Source: Acholeplasmataceae bacterium (lineage in GTDB: Bacteria; Bacillota_I; Bacilli_A; Acholeplasmatales; Acholeplasmataceae). Taken from it: a stretch of 64,000 nucleotides of DNA. The stretch is from positions 96,001 through 160,000 of the forward strand of contig OY775910.1 in NCBI GenBank assembly GCA_963675245.1, given 5' to 3'. Below, in pieces: positions 52,202-61,438 of the stretch. Positions within the stretch are counted from its first letter, which is position 1, and each line of letters begins with the position of its first letter. Made by a program: the position numbers and the translations under genes. The notes under the pieces are model-generated. The model ran no database searches. It was given only the letters and a program-made list of their open reading frames with translations, and was not told the origin of the DNA.

Positions 52202-53338
52202 TTATACTACTAGATTTTCAAATGGCGGTTTCCAAATTTCCCACCACTTAGCTCCTGTTGTTTTTTGGATGTTATATATACCATGTCTATATTGTGATTG
52301 TACAAAATAAAAAGATGGTGTCCCGGATTTTTTACTACCTATAACCCCTAAATTGTGATAATAATTTTCTGTCCAATGAGAAATAATATCATAATTTGTT
52401 TTGAATATCCACCAAGCATCTGATTGAGCGCTACCAATAATCATTGCATAATGTGCGGTTTCGACGACATCTAAACTATAATATAATCCAATTGCAGGAC
52501 CATTGTAATTTGGGCCAAAATAACCTTCAGAATTGACAAAATAGTCATCCGATAAATATCCATGAATTCCAGACACTATTTCACCTGGCCATATACCATA
52601 AAAAGTACTTACTAAATAGTCACGTCCAGCTGTAGTCCAATTCATTAATGAACGCATCGTATCCCGTTCAGTATTACTATTCATACTTTTTGTTAATCCA
52701 CTTTCGCCGGAAAACTGAAAAGTATACAAGATGTTCACTGCTGCTTGTGCACCACAATCCATGTATGCACCTTGAGTTCTAGTATAAATTTGATAACTAC
52801 CATAACTACCATTATCCATTCTTAAATCATCTGCAATTGAATATGTTACTTTAAAATTAGTTAGTGCATTCGTATTTGTGCTAGTAAGCTGAATATAAAT
52901 ATTATCATAAAACCAACTTTGTCCATCTATTTGATCTAAATAAGGTGCACCGAATGAATTAGGAATAAATCTTTCATTGTCTTTAATATAATAATGATTC
53001 CCTATCAAGTAATTTGTATCTCTAGCTACATAAAAAGGTAAATTCCCCTCTGTTTTTATTTCATAAATATTTAAGTCTAGTCCTACAGTTAAGTATCCCT
53101 GGTCAAACTGAATCAGAAACGCCTTCAATTCATCATGTTCATCGTATAAGTCATAATAATCAACATATGTATTTACATCCCATACTTGACCAAACTCTTT
53201 ATAATACTCCTCCCTTAAAATTGGAATATTCTCATTAATAAAATTTACAAGTTCAGCTTCGTTATCAATATTCACTATACCACTAAAACCGATTGTTGTG
53301 AATAGAGATAAAATAACAATTAAAAATTTGTTCAACAT
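52202..53338 (-). CDS. Secreted protein with C39-like/papain-fold Cys-His peptidase domain
   Basis: Signal peptide from ATG 53338; DCGAQAAVNILY ... AHYAMIIG. Confidence 0.55.
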   Translation of the reverse strand: MLNKFLIVILSLFTTIGFSGIVNIDNEAELVNFINENIPILREEYYKEFGQVWDVNTYVDYYDLYDEHDELKAFLIQFDQGYLTVGLDLNIYEIKTEGNLPFYVARDTNYLIGNHYYIKDNERFIPNSFGAPYLDQIDGQSWFYDNIYIQLTSTNTNALTNFKVTYSIADDLRMDNGSYGSYQIYTRTQGAYMDCGAQAAVNILYTFQFSGESGLTKSMNSNTERDTMRSLMNWTTAGRDYLVSTFYGIWPGEIVSGIHGYLSDDYFVNSEGYFGPNYNGPAIGLYYSLDVVETAHYAMIIGSAQSDAWWIFKTNYDIISHWTENYYHNLGVIGSKKSGTPSFYFVQSQYRHGIYNIQKTTGAKWWEIWKPPFENLVV

Positions 53339-53498
53339 TTTTCTTCTCCTTTTTCTATTATTCAAATACAAAAAAGCTTACAACGTAAGCACCCCCAAGA
53401 TGTCATGTATCTCTATAATGTAATTATAACATCAGTATGTAGTTATAAAACACAACATATATGTCAATAATTTAATGCAATTTAAACAAATGAAATAC

Positions 53499-53547
53499 CT
53501 GACTCTTAATCAGTGGGTCTACGGTTCGATCCCGTAAGGGGGTACCA
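53499..53547 (+). repeat. att copy 4
   Basis: 49-bp exact match starting CTGACTCTTAA; followed by terminator-like AAGACTTCA/TGAAGTTTT. Confidence 0.95.
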
Positions 53548-53657
53548 TTTGATAATTAAAAGACTTCATTTTGAAGTTTTTTTTGTTTCACAAATCTCTT
53601 AGTATACCTATTTAGATCAATTCACTTGCTTTGCTAATAAGAAAGGAGCATTTTAAA

Positions 53658-53866
53658 ATGCACAGGCTAAAGAAAATTCGTAGTGATAAGGGTTTATCAC
53701 AAACCCAGGTAGCTAAGATTCTAGGTGTAGATCGCTTTCATTTCCAACTATGAACGATGAAATAGAAAGCTTAATTAAGATCAAATCGTTGAATTCGTGA
53801 AAGCTTTGAACACATCTACTGATTACTTCTTGGGATTGTTGTAAACCGAAGAAAAAGGACAATATT
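53658..53866 (+). pseudogene. XRE repressor pseudogene, module 5
   Basis: MHRLKKIRSDKGLSQTQVAKILGVDR then a frameshift and several stops; homology continues to GATTACTTCTTGGGATTG and the shared terminator. Confidence 0.9.
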
Positions 53867-53954
53867 TCTCATTTTTGTCCTTTTTCTTAATCATGCATTT
53901 CTCTAATGTGTCCTTTTTTCTTGATTTTTTATAACATGAATAATATTAATTTAT

Positions 53955-54380
53955 TTACTCGTTATCATAGAACTTAACATTCCAGATTCTGAAGTTAATC
54001 GTATTAGAAGAACTGTCTTCTTTTATTGCATCAAATGATTCATTAAAGACAATTCTAATGGTTGAGTTTTCACTTAGATTTGTCGTAAGAATTGTTTCAA
54101 TTTCATTAATATAAACTTGATATGAAGCATCATCTTTAATATTATTTAAACAAACAAAATCTATTGTTGAATATGTGCTTTGTATGTAATCCATGTCATG
54201 AATGTTCAAAGTGAACAAATAAACGACAGAATCCGTATTATGCATAGCATTTTCAAATGTTAAATCGTAATTGCCTTGTTCATATGTAGATCCTAATCCA
54301 TAGACTTCCATCGGTGTTTCGCATGCTGTAAATAACAGCGACACTACTAGTATAATTGATATTATAGCTAATTTTCTCAT
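53955..54380 (-). CDS. Lipoprotein (cargo)
   Basis: Lipobox FTAC. Confidence 0.7.
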   Translation of the reverse strand: MRKLAIISIILVVSLLFTACETPMEVYGLGSTYEQGNYDLTFENAMHNTDSVVYLFTLNIHDMDYIQSTYSTIDFVCLNNIKDDASYQVYINEIETILTTNLSENSTIRIVFNESFDAIKEDSSSNTINFRIWNVKFYDNE

Positions 54381-54394
54381 ATTCTATCACCTTT

Positions 54395-55621
54395 CTAATA
54401 ATACATGAAAGCAGCAAAACCAATATATACATTCAAATCCATATATCTCATATAAGTAACCCATCCATCAGACAGTCTTATTAAATAAACATAATCGTAT
54501 TCAGTCCACCATAATACTTGTCTAGCTTTTCTGTAAGTTTTGTATCCAAATACTGCCATTGTATGAGCACCCTATGTATTTGTTGAAGTACTCCACATAA
54601 GTGGCTTATCATCATCGAGATATTGTTTATAGTTAAATGCTCCCCATAAAACATCCTCTCTGAAATTTATATCATAACCATACTCATCCATCGTCATTTC
54701 AATAATTCCAGAAGATTGACCAATTGTGAAAGATTCTACTCTGCCATATTGATCGTAAGTATTTGTTCTTGCACTGATATATAATTCAGGAAAATCAGTT
54801 AAATCCGAATTAAGTTGATACTCTGAACTTTCTATCATTTTCTCATAGTGTACATCCCATTCATGATAAATAGGATTATATGTTACACGGTCTGCATAAT
54901 CTGGTAGATTTGAATATGCTGATTTAGTTGAAAAATAGTTCATTACGTTAAAAGGTGCAACTAAACCACAATTACCTTCTGAATATCGTAGATTATCTTC
55001 ATAACGCCAGTATACACTTAAATCAAACATATCATGACTAGTTGAATAGCTTAGATAATGATATTGATATAATGAGTAACCAGATCCATATCTATCAGCA
55101 ACGTATGTAGCTGTAGATACAATTCCACCTGCGCCATCAAGTTCTTGTCCCTCATAAGGATCACTTAAAAGTGTGTTATCAAAATCATTTTCATTGCTGT
55201 TTATTGGTACTAGTTGACCTTCAATCAGAAAGTGATAACCAGACAAAGGTAGATAGTAAATTTGTACATCAAATTCAGTTAGATTCTCTAATGGTGAAGG
55301 TCCTGTGATTTCATAATCATAAATCGCTGCCTCATCCCCAATTAGTAAGTAGCCATTGTCATCATTAAAATCCAACAAAACACCTTCATTTTTTTCATTC
55401 ATATCATCAATAACAATTTGATAGCTTTTATCTACTGAAGTAAGCGAATCATTGAAGCCTAATTCAACAAACAACTCTTTAACAGTATCTATATGAGATT
55501 CAATATATTCTGCTGTCTCATACGATGAATCAACATTGCATGGAATTTTTGAATCTTGAGAAGCAATTCCACCCCAAAGCGAAAAACTAGCTAAAATCGC
55601 AATTAGAATTTTGCTATAAAT
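54395..55621 (-). pseudogene. Secreted C39-like peptidase pseudogene
   Basis: NCGLVAPFNVMNY; in-frame TAG at 54572-54574 then GAHTMAVFGY...LSDGW continues to the stop at 54395; SD is followed by ATT rather than ATG at 55621. Confidence 0.7.
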
Positions 55622-55761
55622 AAACGCCCCCTTTATTATTTTTTTATTATGATTACCCCATCGTGTTTTCGATTTAATATTACTTCTTTTAATTTCAAAT
55701 GTCAAATACACTTTATAATTCCTAAATTGTTAATATAACGTAAATAAAATTGAGAAACTAT

Positions 55762-55809
55762 TGACTCTTAATCAGTGGGTCTATGGTTCGATCCCGTAAG
55801 GGAGTACCA
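55762..55809 (+). repeat. att copy 5 (degenerate)
   Basis: 48 bp with two substitutions (CTATGG for CTACGG; GGAGT for GGGGT). Confidence 0.9.
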
Positions 55810-56139
55810 TTTATAATAATTAACGACTTCAATTGAAATCTTTTATTTTAAGTTTATTGATGTTCCGTCATGATGTGTTAGTAAAGATTTCTGAACGTAT
55901 CACAAATTGATCATGTCTAAAGGATAACTCATATTTTCTATTCCAATACCTATATGAATTTCTATTATGATATCTTCATCCAACTGATATGGTTCTGTTT
56001 AAAAGATCGGAGGTACTTGTTTATTTATGCAGGATATTAAGAATGACGATACCCCTCCAATTAGTAATCAATTATCGAATACTTCATATTTATTGCCTCC
56101 ACATTTATTCCGTTTCAAAGTCATCGTAATAAAAAGTGA

Positions 56140-56706
56140 CTATTTATTGACTAATCTGATGGATGTGTCTTGAATTGCATAGTTAATAATCTGATAAGTT
56201 GAAAATCCAAGTCGAATATCATCATCTATATTTGTATATACACCAAAACCTAAATCAATCATATCCGAGTTTTGATTAAAAAGGATTTCTGGCAAAATAA
56301 TTTCAATCATATACTCATAAAAAACGATATATGAATCATCCTTATTATATACACGTTCATATTCAAATGTATCTCTCTCATAATCATCAACATTAAATGT
56401 GTACAATTCAATATCTTCTGTATTGTTGCCATTATTTGCAAAAATAACTATTGATGATCGCTCATCAATTGAACTTCTAATGGCTTGATTTGGAATTCCT
56501 ATATAAAATGAAACAGTAATATCACCTATACCAAATTCTGAATCTTGAAATCGATAAGCGCAATATACTTCTTGCATTGGTTCATCTTCACCTGTATCAA
56601 TATATAAAAAGCCTTTTGCTCTTACATCTGTTTGCTCATTGTTACTACATGCCGTTAGAAATAAAACAAATATAGAAACAAAGATAATTCGTTTAATCTT
56701 TAACAT
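56140..56706 (-). CDS. Lipoprotein
   Basis: Lipobox LTAC; AAGGAG SD. Confidence 0.75.
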   Translation of the reverse strand: MLKIKRIIFVSIFVLFLTACSNNEQTDVRAKGFLYIDTGEDEPMQEVYCAYRFQDSEFGIGDITVSFYIGIPNQAIRSSIDERSSIVIFANNGNNTEDIELYTFNVDDYERDTFEYERVYNKDDSYIVFYEYMIEIILPEILFNQNSDMIDLGFGVYTNIDDDIRLGFSTYQIINYAIQDTSIRLVNK

Positions 56707-56756
56707 ATGACTCCTTTGTTTGCATAAAATGCATGTTAATTTTTATTTACATTTCA

Positions 56757-57113
56757 TCAACGATATTTCTGTGCGTTGATACCGATTTCAATGAGGTCAT
56801 CAGCAGTATATAGATGTAATAGATTTCCGGCTTGCAGGTCATAATATTTATCTTTGTAGTAAACAAGGTAGTTATTAATATGATAAGCACCTATTGCATA
56901 CATTTCATTATTATCATCAAAAATAATAACTGCAATTGATGGATAGATGATATCTTCGTTGATATCTGTTCTTTTTAAAATCGTAAAGTTAGATCCTTCA
57001 TAAAACAAACTAAATAGTTCCGGTTCAGGATTTTCTAGTGGTTTCACACTTTGGCAAGCATACAACGTAACAGATACTAAAGTAATCATTAATACATATA
57101 ATATTGACTTCAT
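56757..57113 (-). CDS. Lipoprotein
   Basis: MKSILYVLMITLVSVTLYAC after AAGGAG. Confidence 0.7.
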   Translation of the reverse strand: MKSILYVLMITLVSVTLYACQSVKPLENPEPELFSLFYEGSNFTILKRTDINEDIIYPSIAVIIFDDNNEMYAIGAYHINNYLVYYKDKYYDLQAGNLLHLYTADDLIEIGINAQKYR

Positions 57114-57206
57114 GATATCTCTCCTTATATAAATCACTACATTGTAGATTCATCAATTATTTCTACTGTTCCTACTAATTGATTTTCTAACAAAAACAAT
57201 AGTTTA

Positions 57207-57402
57207 TCATCATGTCTCTTGGCTGACTGAATCATCAATTGATTGGATGTCTTTATATCTCAAGATAGATAGAAAATTTTCATAACAATTGGAATCTGTA
57301 CGCTCTTTAGTATCATCACTACTGGGACATCCACACAAAATAACTACCAAAAAAAGCTGAAATAATGATCAATAAGACTAATTTTATTTGATGATGACTC
57401 AT
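57207..57402 (-). pseudogene. Frameshifted lipoprotein remnant
   Basis: MSHHQIKLVLLIIISAF; removing one T from a T7 run restores LVVILCGCPSSDD; further stops follow. Confidence 0.45.
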
Positions 57403-57506
57403 ATGATCAACCCCCAATCATAATGTGAATCATATGCTGCTTTATTTACACTTATTATATCACTAAAGTATGCAAAAAATAAAAGACCTTTAAAAGTCTT
57501 TCATTG

Positions 57507-58001
57507 TTATATGTATCTTTGACATACAATAAGTGTCTTTGTTTCCATAAAATATACCATGTAAAGATTTCTTAACGAATGAAAATCTTTATCTTCACCT
57601 TTATATGTCAGATAGTCGCCATCACTGATTATATACAAGTTAATCCATTGATACTCATTTTCCCAATTTGGCATATAAGGAGCAGGGATATCAAAATCAT
57701 TTGTATCTTCAATCGTGTCATTTAAAATCGTTTGAAACGTTTCGTTTGGTGCTACTTCAAACCCAATATCTAAAAGAAATTCTGTTGGTTCCTCATCGAA
57801 GACTAATACAGCATATCTCGTACCATCTCTTCCAAATTCTGTTTCCTCAAATGAAAGATGATAATCTTTTGGTAATGTGATATCCCAAATCGTATTTAGT
57901 GCATATGAATAGGTCATCTCTGCTGGTAATAACCGTATGACACCGACGCCGATTAATAGTAAAACAGGGATGACGAATATGAGTGCTAATTTAAGTTTCA
58001 T
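57507..58001 (-). CDS. Membrane-anchored exported protein
   Basis: MKLKLALIFVIPVLLLIGVG after GGAGGG. Confidence 0.65.
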   Translation of the reverse strand: MKLKLALIFVIPVLLLIGVGVIRLLPAEMTYSYALNTIWDITLPKDYHLSFEETEFGRDGTRYAVLVFDEEPTEFLLDIGFEVAPNETFQTILNDTIEDTNDFDIPAPYMPNWENEYQWINLYIISDGDYLTYKGEDKDFHSLRNLYMVYFMETKTLIVCQRYI

Positions 58002-58133
58002 GTTGTGCTTTCCCCTCCAATAATGATTATATTCATTATACATTGTGATACATGTCTTTTCAATACATACTGAACATGATATTTTTTAAAGCTGTCATTA
58101 TTGATATATACTTATATTAAGGGAGTGATAACG

Positions 58134-58997
58134 ATGACGATAAAACACTATCCAGCTGATAGAAGTTATTCAGCATTGTTTGAAGAAGTCAGACAGTTTA
58201 TTTTACGGTTAAACGAAAACCATACGTATGATATTTATCATTGGTCAAGATGGGAATGGTATTTTGCCAGACATAGTTTTAGAACTGAAGATCTTCAAAA
58301 GATGTTGTTATTTTATGAAGATCAAAAACTTCAAGGTGTACTCATGCTTGAAGATGAACCTAACATCTACTATTATTTAGCAACCAGTAAAGCAGTGAAA
58401 GCACAAATTGTGAGAGAATTAAATCATATGCCAGATGCGACGCTTATGATTGAAGAATCAGATTTAGATATGCGTGCATTAATCGCTTTATCTAATTGGG
58501 AAGAAACCGACTATATCGAACATATGGCAAAACTCACCAAAGACCATATACCTTATCAATTACCTGAAGGGTACGAACTCTTATGTATCAGAGATGACTA
58601 TGATGTCAAAAAACATCATGCATGTCTTTGGAAAGGTTTTGATCATGGTGGTGACATACCAATGAGTGATGAGCATCTTATGTATCGTGAAAGACAAGTT
58701 TCTTCTCCTCACTTTAAAAAAAGATATGCGTATGCTGCTACTTATCAAGATGAGTATGTCGCATGGACAAGTATTTGGTATCAAGAAGGTACGGATATCG
58801 CGATGATTGAACCAGTTTGTACAGTACCTGAACATCGTCGAAAAGGATTAGCTTCTGCGACAATTTCTAAATGTGTGGATGCTGCTATAAGAGATGGAGC
58901 AAAACAGATCATTGTTGGTTCAAATAAGAAACTATATTTATCTTTAGGCTTTGAAGTCTATAAGTATGCCAGAGTATACAAACAAGCCGGTAAATAA
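58134..58997 (+). CDS. GNAT-family acetyltransferase
   Basis: IEPVCTVPEHRRKGLA acetyl-CoA motif, LYLSLGF. Confidence 0.85.
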   Translation: MTIKHYPADRSYSALFEEVRQFILRLNENHTYDIYHWSRWEWYFARHSFRTEDLQKMLLFYEDQKLQGVLMLEDEPNIYYYLATSKAVKAQIVRELNHMPDATLMIEESDLDMRALIALSNWEETDYIEHMAKLTKDHIPYQLPEGYELLCIRDDYDVKKHHACLWKGFDHGGDIPMSDEHLMYRERQVSSPHFKKRYAYAATYQDEYVAWTSIWYQEGTDIAMIEPVCTVPEHRRKGLASATISKCVDAAIRDGAKQIIVGSNKKLYLSLGFEVYKYARVYKQAGK

Positions 58998-59156
58998 CTA
59001 TTTGTGTGTTATCATATGAGACAGAGGTGACTAACTATTAAAAGTCAAGTACTTTTAGTAGATAAACTGTAAAAACCTCCAATAGCCATAATTTTTAGAG
59101 GTTAGCCATATAACTGGATGATTTTATGACTTAACCGCCACAGTTTAAGGAATCAA

Positions 59157-60317
59157 TTATTGTAGTTTAGAGGAATCAAAATCTTCCTGATGTGTTTCGA
59201 GATGATGAATGACTCTAATGAGTTTTTTTGAAAGATGAACCAGTGCGACACGATGATGTTTACCCTCTTGTTTCTTCTTGGTGTAGTAGTCGTAGAAGAC
59301 GGGGTTATAGATCATAACCATCATTGAGATATTGATGAGTGTTGCTCTTAGGTACTTGCTGCCACGTTTAACCAGTTTACCTGTTGAAGACATGGTGCCA
59401 GACTGTCTGATGGTTGAATCCAGACCTGCATAGGATAACATTTCAGCGGGATTGGAGAAAAGTGAAATATCACCATATTCTGAAACGATGACAGCTGCTG
59501 AAATGATTCCGATACCTTTAATGGTTTGAATCTTAGTTGGATATCGATGCATTAAAGAAATGATCTGTTTCTCAGTTTCTTCGATATCTTGATTGAGTTT
59601 CTCAACATAAGAAATTGAAGTCTTAAGTTTGAATAGTTGATGATCTTGTGTCACACCAATGGTTGATTTTGCGAGTTCCTTCAGTTTAACAAACTTCGGA
59701 TAATTGAATTTACCCATCGATCGTTTACGAAGCTTATCGAAGTGGTCATCAGTCATCCTTGCTATTTTATCCGGTGATGAAAAGCGCTTCAAGATGTATA
59801 AAGATGTATCACTATAGCCTTGTTCTTGCATAAAAGGTTTGAATTCAGGAAAGATGACATCTAAGACCTTGGTCATCATATTGTAGTGTTTCGTCCGAAT
59901 TGAGATGAGTTTAAAACGTAACCTGGTCAGTGATTTTAAAGCACTTATATGATAAGATTGATGATGATAGGCTTTGTAGTCTACAGATCTCATATAAGTT
60001 GAAATCATTTGTGCATCTTTCTTATCCGTCTTTGTTTTTCTCAGTGAATGGGCTTCTCCAAACTTCTTCACGAGAAAAGGATTAATCTCCATGAATGAAT
60101 ATCCATGGAGGATAAGAAATGACTTAAGGTTTTCTCCATAATGACCTGTGGCCTCTAAGCCTATTATCATTTCTTGCTTGACTAAAGAGTTAAAGTATCC
60201 TAATAGTTCTTTAAACCCAGACTGACTGTTCTCAAATGAGAACTGATGGCTAACTGTTTCGGTGGCGATGAAACAGTCATGCTTGTACTTTGAAATATCG
60301 ATGCCGATATAGATCAT
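59157..60317 (-). CDS. IS110 DEDD recombinase/transposase
   Basis: IGIDISK, GLEATGHY, KTDKKDA, IKGIG, YAGL..RQSG, KRGSKYLR. Confidence 0.95.
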   Translation of the reverse strand: MIYIGIDISKYKHDCFIATETVSHQFSFENSQSGFKELLGYFNSLVKQEMIIGLEATGHYGENLKSFLILHGYSFMEINPFLVKKFGEAHSLRKTKTDKKDAQMISTYMRSVDYKAYHHQSYHISALKSLTRLRFKLISIRTKHYNMMTKVLDVIFPEFKPFMQEQGYSDTSLYILKRFSSPDKIARMTDDHFDKLRKRSMGKFNYPKFVKLKELAKSTIGVTQDHQLFKLKTSISYVEKLNQDIEETEKQIISLMHRYPTKIQTIKGIGIISAAVIVSEYGDISLFSNPAEMLSYAGLDSTIRQSGTMSSTGKLVKRGSKYLRATLINISMMVMIYNPVFYDYYTKKKQEGKHHRVALVHLSKKLIRVIHHLETHQEDFDSSKLQ

Positions 60318-60339
60318 AAGTACACCTCCAAGAATTAAA

Positions 60340-60561
60340 TTTGTACGTGTGGTAAGTCCAGCAGCGTCTTTATCTCATAATCATGTAAAAAGCGTCTTCC
60401 GCTAACTAACTATTGCTGATTAAAATAAAGACCGTGGTAAGCGTCACCTCAAAATAGTCTAGGTTATAAAAATATGACACAGATCCACAGTACATTATTA
60501 GTATATTAAATTAGAACGAAAGGAGTAAAGATTTAAAGACTTAAGTAACTAACTTAATACA
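60340..60561 (-). ncRNA. IS110 bridge RNA (predicted)
   Basis: Non-coding end containing segments matching the donor junction (TCATGTAA 60381-60388; ACTAACTATT 60405-60414) and the target (GTCACCTC 60443-60450) within stem-loops. Confidence 0.7.
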
Positions 60562-60582
60562 CTTTAAATCTTACATGACTAT

Positions 60583-61227
60583 ATGAAAGTATTTATTGCT
60601 GGTGATTCAACGGCAGCACCAAAGCTAGAAAGTAAACGTCCAGAAACTGGATGGGGAGAATGTATTCATGAATTCTTACCACCCATGTATGACATCTATA
60701 ATATTGCAGAGGATGGACGATCTACTAAATCCTTTATTGATGAAGGTAGATTAGACATTATTGAATCGAAAATAAAAAAAGGTGATCTGTTGATCATCCA
60801 ATTTGGACATAATGATGAGAATAATGATGACCCATCAAGATATACGACTCTATCTCAATATACAGCTAATCTTGACAGATTCGCAAAAGTCGCTATATCT
60901 CATGAAGCTATTCCTGTGTTTATTTCTTCTATTACGAGAAGAAAATTTGTCAATGGAAAATTAGATCCAGATGCTATCAAAGATTATCCAAACGCCATGA
61001 AAGTGTTCGCACATAACTACGGTTATCCCTTCATCGATATGTATAAAATTAGTCAAGATATTTTGAATAAACTCGGTGAAGAAGATTCATTAAAATATTA
61101 CCTTCATTTAAAACCAAGTGAGTATTCCAATTACCCTGAAGGTTTAGATGATGATACACACTTTAGTCCTTATGGTGCAAGGCAGTTTTCAGCGATCATC
61201 GCATCCCAGCTACTTAAGCTTTTATAA
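60583..61227 (+). CDS. SGNH/GDSL rhamnogalacturonan acetylesterase-like protein (CE12)
   Basis: IAGDST, GWG, GRSTKSF, IQFGHND, DDTHF. Confidence 0.9.
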   Translation: MKVFIAGDSTAAPKLESKRPETGWGECIHEFLPPMYDIYNIAEDGRSTKSFIDEGRLDIIESKIKKGDLLIIQFGHNDENNDDPSRYTTLSQYTANLDRFAKVAISHEAIPVFISSITRRKFVNGKLDPDAIKDYPNAMKVFAHNYGYPFIDMYKISQDILNKLGEEDSLKYYLHLKPSEYSNYPEGLDDDTHFSPYGARQFSAIIASQLLKLL

Positions 61228-61344
61228 AAAAAATCAACCCTAGTAACTGGGGGGGAATCGCTACTAGGGTCTAGCCAGCGATCTAACGAATCATGGCAAA
61301 GCATCAAAGGGCTAAGCCAATCCACTTCGAAAGAATCATCTGAC
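61226..61344 (-). ncRNA. Candidate ~115-nt GC-rich small RNA
   Basis: TTGAAC-N17-TATAAT (61379..61351); ends in ACCCTAGTA/TACTAGGGT stem followed by T-tract. Confidence 0.5.
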
Positions 61345-61402
61345 ACCTTTATTATAACCCGAAAATGAAAGAAGTTCAAAGAATTATGTAAATAAAATTT
61401 AC

Positions 61403-61430
61403 AAAAGGCACTAGTATCACTAGTGCCTTT
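61403..61430 (-). terminator. Original terminator of the GH16 gene, displaced by ISL3
   Basis: AAAAGGCACTAGT-ATC-ACTAGTGCCTTT. Confidence 0.7.
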
Positions 61431-61438
61431 ATTGTTTA

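Larger units (their letters stand above)
50951..53498. mobile_element. Module 4: core-less cassette
   Basis: att, promoter (51023-51051), XRE, cargo, att. Confidence 0.8.
53548..55761. mobile_element. Module 5: decayed core-less cassette
   Basis: XRE pseudogene, lipoprotein and peptidase pseudogene between att copies. Confidence 0.75.
59028..60581 (-). mobile_element. IS110-family insertion sequence
   Basis: TGACTA repeated at 59028-59033 and 60576-60581; no terminal IRs; circle junction would give TTGACT-N17-TAAGAT. Confidence 0.85.

Noticed and set aside
54572..54574. Programmed TAG read-through or alternative genetic code
   Set aside because: TAG and TGA end other genes normally, and this module shows other decay; a nonsense mutation is simpler
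43234..55761. Modules 2-5 as simple tandem duplications
   Set aside because: Cargo is unrelated between modules, and the XRE copies differ at many synonymous sites
43187..55809. Repeated 46-49 bp sequence as a CRISPR array or as extra tRNA genes
   Set aside because: Spacing is kilobases, no cas genes are present, and the copies lack the tRNA 5' half (acceptor 5' strand and D-arm); they are att sites
61170..61379. 69-aa minus ORF
   Set aside because: Its start coincides with the -35 box and it has no SD; an ncRNA reading fits better
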